NCBI GenBank assembly: GCA_973895155.1
Contig: OZ316892.1
Coordinates: 8,477,251-8,541,250 of the forward strand
Origin: Marsupella aquatica
Taxonomy: Eukaryota; Plantae; Marchantiophyta
Length of the DNA stretch: 64,000 nucleotides
Direction: 5' to 3'
In this document: positions 1-10,928 of the stretch, in pieces
Layout of the letters: every line of letters starts with the position of its first letter
How positions within the stretch are numbered: the first letter of the stretch is position 1
Notes under the pieces: generated by a model
What the model saw: the letters and a program-made list of their open reading frames with translations, nothing else
Databases searched by the model: none
Told to the model about the DNA's origin: nothing
Made by a program: the position numbers and the translations under genes

Positions 1-269
1 AACAGCAGCCATAAGGGATGTGTGCAAAATTGGAGCATTTTGCTCTAGGATTTGCCAGTTCACTCAGTTCATTGAGAGAAACTAGCCAAATATCCAATGG
101 TGGAGATGCAACCCATCATTATCTGATAATATTTCAAATATAGGCTTTATAGAGAATAATTCAGCAACCAACACTACAGATTGAGAGTGCAAGCCAAAAA
201 GTCACGGATTGCAACTCCAGTAGTTCAAACCTGTTAGGCATCCATGCATCTGAGTTCTTGAAGGGAACA

Positions 270-430
270 GTGAGGTATTGCTTAATGGACCCCCAAACCA
301 AACTTTTCTCTTCAACCAACCATTCAAGGTTTTAAGTTCGTTGATGAAAAGTCTATCAATGGTCCAGATCATTCAGGGATCCACCAAGTAATACTTTTCA
401 TTTTAGGTGTCCATCAAGCATATGCCTCAC
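270..430. mobile_element. Degenerate MITE-like element related to the MULE TIR family in this window
   Basis: Left end gtgaggtattgcttaatggacccc is an imperfect inverted repeat of right end ggtgtccatcaagcatatgcctcac. It shares cttaatggac(c)ccaaacc..ttttctct with the TIRs at 6519 and 15661. No TSD seen. Confidence 0.5.
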
Positions 431-1384
431 ATATATTACATTTTAAAGATAATTTTATAATACTAAGTCTATACCATTGTATAATTAATTTGGATAAAGT
501 TTAAGACCTTGTTTTGACACATCTAGGGGAGGTTTTTAGTTGCGGATCTTGACTACTCTACCACTTAGCTCCAGTGTCAAGCTCTTCTATGGTCCAGACG
601 CCAGGATGGCCATCCAAAGGGGATGAAGTATGAAGAGCTTGAGAGCAAGGGAGTGTTACACCAGCAAAGGCAATGCGCTAAGTTGGGGTCGCGCACAAGG
701 GATTTGGACTGGCAATAAGAGCTGGTCAGACCATGAGCAGGGTCAAGCTCGAGGTGGACCATCTCAACTCCAAGACAGGTCTTGAGCTCTAAGGGCTTGA
801 GTGAAAGCTCCTCTTGGGCCTAAGTGCATGGAAGTTTAATTAGTTCATGTGAAACAGACGCTTAATGCATGACAATGGGCGGGGGCTTGGGTGGAGCTGC
901 CTGGGACCCCTGACAAACCTTGAGTCTTGAGGGTGGGCGAGTGTGATACGGTTAGTGTGTTGAGGTTAAGTTGAGGGTACTGATTTCTGTCCAGTGATGA
1001 AAACTGACAGAATATTGACTGTTAGATACTTTGCTTAACCAGGGATGGAAAAAGGTGGCAAGGTAATAATGAAACTGAAAGGGATGACAAAATATGTAAT
1101 GAGACCAAAAAAAAAAATGGCTATGTATCAAAATATGTAATGGACAAAAAAAGAGTGGCTATGAGTAAATTGCATAAACTTTATGTGATATATACTTGTG
1201 GTGTTCAAGTTTTGCTCATGCATTTAGTGGAAGGAACTACTCGTTCACTACCCAGCAACCCTTCTGCTGCCTGCCACTAATCACACATCAAAATGTGGTA
1301 ATATAGTGTGCACTAATTGATTTAAATAAAAGACCTGCCAGTAATCAAGTAATACAGTGTGCACTCATTGATTTAAAAAAAGAA

Positions 1385-1530
1385 GAAAATAACAGGTTTA
1401 TCATGGTATGGAGGGTTGTCTGTGGAGGATGTCTTACATATTTTGATGTGCAAAAGAAAATAACAAGGTTTATCATAATATGGAGGGTTGTCTATGGAGG
1501 ATGTCTTACATACTATATGTCATATTTTGA
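1385..1530. repeat. Local tandem duplication (~70 bp x2), with further short duplications at ~1088-1163 and ~1303-1378
   Basis: aaaataaca(a)ggtttatcat..tatggagggttgtct.tggaggatgtcttacata occurs twice. Confidence 0.75.
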
Positions 1531-2307
1531 TGTGCGGGTACGAGGACCCCTTCGACTGCACAGAGTATATGTGTAAACTTTCGTGTCAAACCGTGAAGGC
1601 AACATGACTGTGCATCTGTCACGGCAAAATGCTCTGGTGCTGCTCCTTTCTGGATGTTTCGTCATATGGGTAGGCCTTGCAAATCATAATCGGGCAAGGG
1701 TCAACTAGTGTATGAGATATATCACTGCTATGTCATGCAACCGGTGCGTTTTGTGTCGGCGCTTTGCGTAGATTGATGGACGAGGGTTTCATCCTTCCCT
1801 CCCTTCTCCGTTGCGAGCTGTAGCGTGCTATAGGACGGGTAATAATCCTGCGCGATGGAGGCTCTTCAATCGAGCTACACGCAGTTCAGGAAGGCTAAGG
1901 TGGCAGAGTATGGACTCCCGACCGCCGTCCGCACCGCTGCAAGAAGACTATGCTGAGACATCGAGAGAGAGGCTGATCGAGAGAAAGCTTCAGAACAGAA
2001 GTTCTTCCCGAAGAAAGTTCGTCGATGAACATCAAGAGTGAGCTTGAGTATTGTGCAACGTTGAGGAGGTGCGTCCGAGCTCGAATCTTCTGCACTCGCA
2101 CAGCGCTGCTTTGCTTCGAGTTTTTTGGGGCGTTCTGCTTCAATGATTTGACGATTCGAAAGTGATCGATGTCGATTAGGGGTTAGGGTTAGACGGTCTG
2201 ACAGACGTAAGTAGGGAAATCTGTCCTTCTGATTGAGGGTTGGTGGTCCTGGACACCCGCTGGAATCCATCCAATTGAAGGGGTAAAGATTTTCTGTAGC
2301 TTCCAGG

Positions 2308-2781
2308 ATGGCTGAGAAACTTGCCCCTCAAAGCCGCCATGCGTTCATCCACGACGGGAAAACAGTGTATGAATGGGATCAAACTTTGGACGAAGTCAAT
2401 ATCTATTTGTCTCCGCCTCCCAATGTTCCAGCAAAAATGCTCTATTGTACGATTAAGTCAGAACACATCGAAGTTGGAATCAAAGGAAATCCTTCCTTTC
2501 TCAATCATGACCTGTCCGGGCCAGTGAAGCTTGATCAATCATTCTGGACGATAGAGGATGGCACAATGCACATAACATTGCAGAAACGAGAAGTGGGACA
2601 ACCATGGCCATCAGTGATAGTCGGGCATGGACAGTTGGATGTTCTCACATCAGAAGAAGAGCAGCGCAGATTAATGCTTGAACGCTTTCAGATTGAGCAT
2701 CCAGGATTTGACTTCTCTCAAGCTCAATTCACTGGCAACTGCCCAAATCCTAGAGAGTTCCTGGGAGGTATTAAGCAGTAA
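2308..2781 (+). CDS. NudC-domain (CS/p23, HSP20-like fold) co-chaperone, NudCD2/NMig1-like; intronless
   Basis: 157-aa ORF MAEKLAP..VYEWDQTLDEVNIY..FWTIEDG.MHITLQKRE..LMLERFQ.EHPGFDFSQAQF, matching the small plant NudC protein family (recalled similarity to Arabidopsis NMig1). Confidence 0.93.
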   Translation: MAEKLAPQSRHAFIHDGKTVYEWDQTLDEVNIYLSPPPNVPAKMLYCTIKSEHIEVGIKGNPSFLNHDLSGPVKLDQSFWTIEDGTMHITLQKREVGQPWPSVIVGHGQLDVLTSEEEQRRLMLERFQIEHPGFDFSQAQFTGNCPNPREFLGGIKQ

Positions 2782-3110
2782 ACCTATTCCTGGGATTACC
2801 ATTTATGAGATAAGATCGAATCCTCTAGTGGAGCTTTTGAGTTTAAGGGAATCATTGGAGAAAATGGTTGTGATTGGAGGGGGTTACATTGAGCTGGAAA
2901 TGGCCTCTGTGAGGGGTCGTCTAGGCTCAGGAATCACTGTTGTGGAATTTGGAGACGTGATTGTTCCTTCCTTGGATGCAGACATCCGGAAATCATTCCA
3001 AAGAGTCCTGGAGAAGCAGAAAATGAAGTGTAAATTAAAGACCGAAGTGAGCAAGGTAGAGCCTTGTGGGAATGGGTCATACTATGGTAGAGGCTTCCTA
3101 AGAGAGAAGC
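2778..3110 (+). pseudogene. Internal fragment of mitochondrial-type dihydrolipoamide dehydrogenase (LPD, NAD-binding region), decayed
   Basis: Translation PIPGITI.E..LSL...KMVVIGGGYIELEMASVRGRLGSGITVVEF..IVPSLDADIRKSFQRVLEKQKMK.KLKT.V. Conserved positions are substituted (GYIGLE>GYIELE, VWGRLG>VRGRLG). No N- or C-terminal LPD domains are present. Confidence 0.85.
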
Positions 3111-3954
3111 AAAGGATGCAAAAAAGCTGGTGGAAAATATAATCCCCAAGATGAGCTGGAAGTGAGGTTTTTACCTTCCATGATATAGGAGTTTCTTGGG
3201 GTGGGGATTCATTCTCTCTTTAATTAACCAAAATTTTCATTTTGTAGTCTTACATGTATGCTGTAAAGTCAAACGTTCTCTGAGAACAAACGCATCGCCG
3301 CTTGGTCTTACTTTACTTCGTGGTTTTCTGAGCAGTTGAAGCTGGTACCACCGACCGATCCTTGGTTAAGGCTTTCATGGCTCCAGGTGAAGGGCCTCAT
3401 GAATTGAATGTATGAAGTGGTGTCAAGCTGGGTGTAGTGTACTCAATAAGTTAGATCTTCGAAACTTGTTCGGGAGCAAGTTCCTTCTGTAACCCTAGAT
3501 TCGGGATAAATGAATGGATGACAAAATCTCTGGAAGCTGTGTATAGTATGTCCGTCTTCGTAGCATTTTCGCGGAACGATTTTGTTTGGAACCCTAGACT
3601 GTGGGGTGACGTGAGATCAGTGAATGAGAAAGAGAGTTTGGAGTTGACGGGGTCCGGTGTACAAGGGTGCACGTGAGACAACATGTCCGGAAATGAGATG
3701 ATAGATTCCAATTATGATCGAAAATTAGGTCATCTGACTGACTTGTCTTTCATGTCTACTTGTGCAGCAAGAGAAACACTCATAGAGAGGAAGTGAGTTG
3801 TGATTTGCTTTCCAAATAGATAGAGCCACAGAAAGAAAGAGAATTGTGAATTGTATTTAATCTCTGGACAAGCAAGTTTAGTTGTCCAGAGAGGTAGACA
3901 CACGCAGAGCGACGGTTGAAAAAGATTTCTTTTAATAATCCCGGAGATGTCCAG

Positions 3955-4134
3955 CAACAAAAGCGACCTCCAACCTCTTTGTTTAATTCCTTGCCACGTC
4001 CCAATAATACCGCTCTCAAAACTGCTCTTTGGGATGATGAGGACTAACAAAAGCGACCTCCAACCTCTTTGTTTAATTCCTTGCCACGTCCTAATAATAC
4101 CGCTCTCAAAACTGCACTTTGGGATGATGAGGAC
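3955..4134. repeat. Near-perfect ~90-bp tandem duplication
   Basis: aacaaaagcgacctccaacctctttgtttaattccttgccacgtcc..gggatgatgaggac x2. Confidence 0.9.
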
Positions 4135-6518
4135 GAACCTCTGAAACGTCCTAAGAGAGAGATCTGTGACGGGGAGAGTGACCTCGAACAAACACCTCCT
4201 ACAACCTCTTTCTTCAGTTCTTTGCGTCCTCTTAGAATTGACAACGGCTGTTGGGTTGATCCTCCCAAAGTAGGCACCAAAGCACCTAAGCTAAAACCTG
4301 TGGATGACGACAGAGTAGAGAAGAAGCAACCTGACGCTCGTTTCTCAAATCTACTCATTCCCAAACTTGAGCCAGCAACCGTGCCTAAGAATTTCTTACA
4401 CAATTGTGACTCTTTTGCAGATAAGCTTTCCGAAAAAGATGATATCCCTGAAGGAAAAGACCGTTGTTTGCAAAGTTGCCACCTCCTGCATGAAAACATG
4501 CGTGAAATTCAGCAATTCGCTCACATAGAGATCAGAACATGTCGGCCGAGTCATGAAAAGCTCAACTATACAGTCAGAGACAGGAATACAGTTATCATCT
4601 GCCTTCGAATCGCTTCTAGATATTCATGCTGTGACGTTGATAACAGTCTTCGCAGCTGAACTCCTTGGCTGAACATTGACCCTCTTTAATGAAAATTGAA
4701 GATAACAATCGAACAGACTGAACAGACAAGAGAATCAAGTCGTCCAACTCGCATTCGGCGTGTTGCTCACATGACTCACGAGATAACTCAAGAGATAACT
4801 GTGAATTGAAAGCAAGGTTTCTTATGTCTGACAACATGACTCAAGAGACAACTCTGATTTGAGCATGAATCTGACTTATCTCTTGATCATTGCGCGCGCA
4901 CGATTGTTCTCAAGAGAACGAATCAGAGTCATGTCTTGAGTGGGTTATCACTCAAGAATGAATCAAGAGCACGAATCATAGTTATCTCTTGAATGACATT
5001 ATTAAGGTACCAAACCTATACCTTTAGTTCATTGAACAAAGTTGATGACCTTGAAATCCCATCAACTTTAAGATGTAATGAGCAACTCTGGTATGCATCT
5101 AAGGGAGGTTTTACCTGGTTTCGATAATACTTACGAGCTACACAACTTGGCGATCAAAACGAGGTTGGATGTTTGTGATTGGTTGACTTTGTCTAGAGTT
5201 CACTCAAGTTTGCTTGTGAGGGGACCATCCCGGGGAACCAGATCTAAGCTAGGTTATGGATTGGAAGTAGTGGAGGGATGCCATTCTACAAAGGAAAGGT
5301 CCAATTTCCTAAAACTGGTCAAAGAAAGTACAACGGAGTACAAGCAAAAGAGGTCCATAGAGGACAGACACTAAACTCAAAAAAGACAGGGCAAATGCAA
5401 ATCCCCAGACCCTAGAAAGAATATTATATATATCAAACTGCCAAAAACAAAGAGCACCCAGCCTGGAGACAAATCCCTCATGCAAGAAACCCAATCAAGG
5501 GAGAAAAAGCAAAGGGCCAAATAGCCAAAAGGACCATGACATAAACCCAAGGCAATAAAAGCCAAGGAACCCAAACATACATCCTACCTCTCGGTAAACT
5601 GAAGGTAGAAAGAAGAAAAAATAAGAAACAAAGATCTACCACTGCAATAGTGTGATGATCTAATGGTTCACGTCAATGTAGTAAGTAACAAGTCAGCAAG
5701 TGGGACAGGGAAATACTCTAAAGCATTAAGGAGAAGAAAACCAATTTACTAAAGGGGGGCAAACAAAGCACAATGGAGTGAAAGAAAATGAGTTCCAAAT
5801 AAGATAAATTGGAGAGGCAAAACCCTAAAACCCAGAAAGAACACAAAATTGGCAATAAATGTCTACCACTATAATAATCTGATTATGTTATGGTACACAT
5901 CTAGCCTGGTAACTAAGTCTGTAAGTGGGACATGGATTTCACGTGAACAATTGAGATAATAAAAAAAATGGACCAATTTACAAAAATATGCTGAAAAAAT
6001 ACAATGAAATACAAGCAAAAGAGTGTAAGAGGGAACAATCTTCAAACTCAAAACAACAGTGCAAGGCAAATTAAAGGAAGAACGTGAAGAGATGACATTT
6101 GTAAAAACTTACATCCCAGTGCCACCAAAATGGAGTCCCACTTTTGGGTGGTATTTGTGTCAAATGAATGAACCATATATTTTGTGTGTCAGTGCATGCT
6201 TGTTGCTTGTCTCTGTATGGTGTCACCAATTTCCCAACATTTGGTTCTTTTAATGCTACTAATACTTATTTCCATGCGAAGGTTGGGCATCCTGCAAGAG
6301 TGATCTCCCTAATTGCACAAGCTAATATCATTGATTAGTCTTTACACTGGGTTGGCCAGCAAAGTCCACATGCTTTTTGTATTTATATCAATATCAGGCC
6401 GGTGGAATAGTCTTGGCACCAATACACAGTCAGGCAATGGTCACCTGCAGCATCCTCCCTAATGGTACCTAATCGTATCAGATTCTCCATTAATTTGCAT
6501 CGATCATATCAATAGCTC

Positions 6519-7043
6519 GAGAGATATACTTAATGGACCTCCAAACCAATCTTTTTCTCTTAATGGACCAAAAGATGAAAAATCTCTCCCAGTGGACTCA
6601 AAGTTTTAGATTCTCTCCCAGTGTACCCCGGGGCCCACTCTGTAGAGCAATGTTCTTGTGAAAATGTTTACCACATAGTTCAGGCTGACGATGATAACAC
6701 TGTGGGTTAGTCCAGTATAACATCAAAAGGTAGATGTGGAGTGTGTGAATAACAAAGGCCGTGGCCAGTGGCCACAATGGAGCACCAAAGTGTCAGAACC
6801 TCCCTGCTTGGTTGTATACATTGTGATTCCTGTATTCAAACTAGAGATGAAGGGGCTTATGGTTGCATTGGAGCACCCAAGCGCAATAGCAAGGCCTCCC
6901 AACTTGGTCGAATACAATTTGGCTAATGTATTTAAACTACAAATGATGGATCTATCACCGCATCGGAGTACCCAACTGTAGCATCTCCCAACTCGGTTGA
7001 ATATATTTTTATCCAAAATACAATCGCACTGAAGCATGCAAGC
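6519..7043. mobile_element. Left part of a Mutator-like non-autonomous element, interrupted by the copia insertion
   Basis: Starts gagagatatacttaatggacctccaaa..cttaatggaccaaaag, like the TIR at 15661. Internal sequence at 6600-6670 and 6830-6945 resembles 15745-15820 and 15970-16040. No right TIR was found beyond 13543. Confidence 0.65.
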
Positions 7044-7464
7044 TGTTGAGCATAGACAACGATCGCAACGGCAAGCTCATGAACCATCCAACGCACAATA
7101 GTCGACACAAGAGATACGTGGTTCACCTCCTTGAGGCTACGTCCACGGGAACACACAAGAGAGCTTTACTGAACTCTAAGCCCGTCGGCTATACCGAGTC
7201 TCCACAGTGTAAGCTCTCCCTATCTCTCAAGTGGCTCCATAACAATGAGCCTTGGTTCTACCTCTCCAAGCACACATGCCTCTTATGATATAGTGTGCAA
7301 CTTAGTTGTACCTAACCACATAGTTGTACCTAATCACGTAGTTGTACCTAACCACATAGTTGTACCTAATCACGTAGTTGTACCTAACCACGTAGTTGTA
7401 CCAACCCACGTTGTTGTACCAACCACGTCATACCTAACCTAGACGTAAGAGTAAATACCCAACA
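7044..7464 (-). repeat. 3' LTR of the copia element
   Basis: tgttgagcatag...tacccaaca; differs from the 5' LTR at about 3 positions by eye. Confidence 0.97.
7303..7428. repeat. 18-bp tandem array (7 copies) in LTR U3; second copy at ~13376-13501
   Basis: tagttgtacctaa(c/t)cac(a/g) repeated. Confidence 0.95.
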
Positions 7465-7477
7465 ATCTTCCCCTTGA
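7465..7477 (-). other. Polypurine tract (PPT)
   Basis: Minus strand TCAAGGGGAAGAT lies immediately before the 3' LTR. Confidence 0.85.
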
Positions 7478-7655
7478 CTCTGGTCTAGGGGAGAGTAATA
7501 CTGCCAATGTATATGATCCCTCAGCGGGAAGTTCTGGACAGAAACCAAACCGGTTTCCCTCTCTAACTAGAGCAAACCAGAACTAAGCCGTAGCCTAATA
7601 CATAGGAATGAGGAAGAGCATATATCAGTAATTACAATGAATGTTTAAGAAAACT

Positions 7656-10600
7656 CTACTTGTGATGCAATTGCAAAACCTGCAATACGTCACGGTGTCT
7701 AGAGAAACTCTCCAAAGGAATCACTTTGGTAAATGCGTCAGCCGGGTTGAGTTTACCATCAATCTTGACTAGCTCAAACAAATTATCAGACACAGCCTGC
7801 CTGATAAAATGGTACCTGACGTCAATGTGCTTCACTCTGCTGTCCATCACCTGGTTCACAGCAAGGTGGAGCGCACTTTGACTATCACAATGGAGCTTCA
7901 CATTCCCCTGTGGCAATCCCATTTCAGTGATAAGTCTATCCAACCAAATCGCTTTCTTTGCTGCTTCCGCAGCTGCAACATACTCCGCTTCTGTAGTAGA
8001 CTGAGCAATACACTTCTGCAAAGTAGACCTCCAACTTATGCATCCACCGCCAAGTGTGAACACATATCCTGTTGTTGATCTCCTTCGGTCCAAATCTTGT
8101 CCATAGTCAGAATCTACATAGCCAATCAATGATCTAGCATTCTTTGCATTCGCATCAAATAAAAGACCATGATCCACGGTACCCTTCAAGTACCTGATAA
8201 TCCACTTCATTGCTTTCCAGTGTACCTTCCCTGGATTCGACATGTACCTGCTCACCTTGCCCATAGCCATGACAAGATCAGGTCTAGTGCAAGTCATCAA
8301 ATACATGAGACTCCCCACTGCCTTGTCATATGGAACCTTTGACATCAACCCCTTCTCTATGTCATCCGTAGGACAGAACGCTGATGATAACTTGAAGTGT
8401 GGAACCAACGGGGTACTTACTGGCTTGCTATTCTCCATGTTGAACCTTGCAATTACCTTCCTCGCATAACTGCTTTGCGTCAACCATAGCTTGCCAGCCT
8501 CCAAGTCCCTAGTGATCTCCATACCCAAAATCCTCTTAGCTGGCCCTAAGTCCTTCATCTTAAACTCTGCACTAAGCAGTGCCTTGAGCTTAACAATCTC
8601 AGACCTATCCTTGGCTGCAATTAGCATGTCATCCACATAAAGTACTAAAACAATGAACCCAAAGACAACATTCTTCATCGGTTTCAAATACACACAAGGG
8701 TCAAATACACTTCTGTGAAAACCTTGTGACCGAATCCAATCGTCAAACCGCTTGTTCCACTGTCTTGGTGACTGCTTCAACCCATACAAGGATTTCAACA
8801 ATCTGCAAACCAATTCCTCCTGTCCTCTCTTCACAAAACCTAGCGGTTGTCTCATGAAGATCACCTCTTCCAATGTGCCATAGAGGAAAGCTGTGACAAC
8901 ATCCATCTGATCTAGGAGCAGACCAAACATTACAACAAGTACACACAATAGTCGTATTGTAGAGTACTTAGCAACTGGTGAGAAGACCTCATTGTAATCC
9001 ACACCTTTCTCTTGTGTGAATCCCTTTGCTACCAATCTAGCCTTGTAGACCTTCGATCCACCTCCTATGGAATTATCCTTCAGCTTGTAAATCCACTTGC
9101 TGTCCACCACTTGCTGACCCTTAGGCAGCTTAACAAGCTCCCAAGTTTTGTTGTCCTTTAGTGACTGCATCTCCGTTTGCATTGCTGCAGTCCACTTCTG
9201 CTTCTCTTTTGAAGCACTTGCCTCATGAAATGAAGAAGGTTCTCCTTCTTCCAAAATTAACGCATCACCCTCATCATCAGCTGTAAAATCATCCTCTTGC
9301 AGTTGAGATGAATCAACCCACTGTCCATACCTTGATGGAGCGCGTACAGTGCGACCAGATGTTCTTCTAGTCGATGACTCCGGTTGATCTGCGTGTGCTG
9401 GTACAATTTGAAGCTCAACAGCATCCACTTGTTGCTCACCAGCATCAACAAACTCCTCTGGTTCCTCTGGCATAGGAACCAGCTCCATAATTGGAGCAAC
9501 TCCTTCTCTCCGGTCATGCATCTCATAACCAATCTCCCCCTCAACGAGATCCGGGATAGGAGATTTTCCTTTGTCAGTACGGGAGACCTGAGTATTCTCC
9601 CCCTCCTTCAATAATCTGGATTCATTGAAGGAAACATCCCTACTGACAACGAGCTTACAGGCAATAGGATCCCATAGCCTATAGGCTTTCACACCACTCT
9701 GGTACCCAAGAAAAACACATTTCCTGGAGGTAGGATCCAACTTGGTCCTATTCTGCTTTGGTGTGAGAGCATATGCATCACTTCCAAAAATTACCAAGCC
9801 ATGATAGTCTGCTTGCCGCTTATAGCGCATCTCAAACGGCGTTTTGAAATTGATAGCACTAGAAGGAGAAAGATTTACCAAATAAACTGCGGTATTGACA
9901 GCTTCTGCCCAAAATTCTTGTGGTAAACCTGATTGGCTCAACATACTCCGTGACCGCTCCAACAGTGTCCGATTGAGCCTCTCAGCGACACCATTCTGCT
10001 GCGGAGTATAAACTGTGGTGAGATGGCGAGTTATCCCCTGTTCTGAACAGTACTCTTCAAATTCCATTGAAGTGTACTCCCCGCCGTTGTCTGACCTCAG
10101 ACTCTTCACCCTTGTATCCAAACACTTGATCGTGTTTCCAGTCTGATTCTCCACCTGGGCCTTCCACTTCTTAAAAATGGACAAGACATCAGACTTATGC
10201 GTCATGAAATAAATCCACACAAATCTTGAGTAATCATCAATAAATGATACATAGTACAACTTTCCAGAGTGTGAGGGAGTCGGGGATGGACCCCACACGT
10301 CACTATGTATGTACTCAAGAACCGCTTTGGAACGATGAGTTCCAACACCAAAAGCACGACGATGCTGCTTTCCAAGAATGCAATGCTCACAAAACTCTAA
10401 TTTACAAGATTGCAAATCAGAAATGAGTCCATTCTTCCGTAAGATAGCCAAACCCTTCTCACTCATGTGGCCTAGCCGTGAATGTCACAGTTGAGTCATC
10501 TCCTCGTGAGACTTGGTTACATTGGCCTCTCCACATACAGTATTGCCCTGTAACACATACAAATTCTTTTGTCTACTCCCCTTCAAAATCACTGTCTCTC

Positions 10601-10928
10601 CCGACCTGACTTGAAGTTCACCATCAATAACGCTCCATTGATGACCATTTGAATCCAACACACCTAGTGAAATCAGATTCTTACGCATGCCAGGTACATA
10701 CCTGACTCCGGACACTATGCGCACAGCGCCATCAAACATTTGAATCTTCACAGACCCAATTCCCTCAATTTGACAGGAGTGATCATTTCCCATCAGAACT
10801 GAACCGTTTGAAACAGAGTAAGAACTGAAAAACTCACGAATGTAACAAATATGAAAAGAGCAAGCACAATCAAGAATCCACACATCATCTGCTCTCCTAG
10901 ATGACGTGCACAGGGCATACCCCCGGCT
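7656..10928 (-). pseudogene. Copia pol (protease, GAG-pre-integrase, integrase, RT, RNase H) with an in-frame nonsense codon
   Basis: Motifs WILD.ACSFH (PR), CEHC..GK, HSDVWG, RSDNGGEY, NGVAER.NRT (INT), YKARLVAKG, QMDV.TAFL, SLYGLKQ, YVDDML (RT), DSD..RRSTTGY, STTEAEY, KHID.RYHF (RH). The conserved LWHxRLGH reads L*HSRLGH (TGA at 10485-10487). Confidence 0.93.

Noticed and set aside
2678-3142. 154-aa ORF as a functional LPD gene
   Set aside because: It begins out of frame inside NudC, lacks the FAD-binding and dimerisation domains, and has degenerate conserved residues.
7303-7428. CRISPR-like appearance of short repeats (also 46200-47760 and 62200-62457)
   Set aside because: There are no unique spacers and no cas genes, and the context is eukaryotic.
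7245-7442. ORFs encoding VVPNH repeats (also 13318-13515) and the duplicated 80-aa ORFs at 7046 and 13116
   Set aside because: They are incidental translations of the LTR and its 18-bp array.
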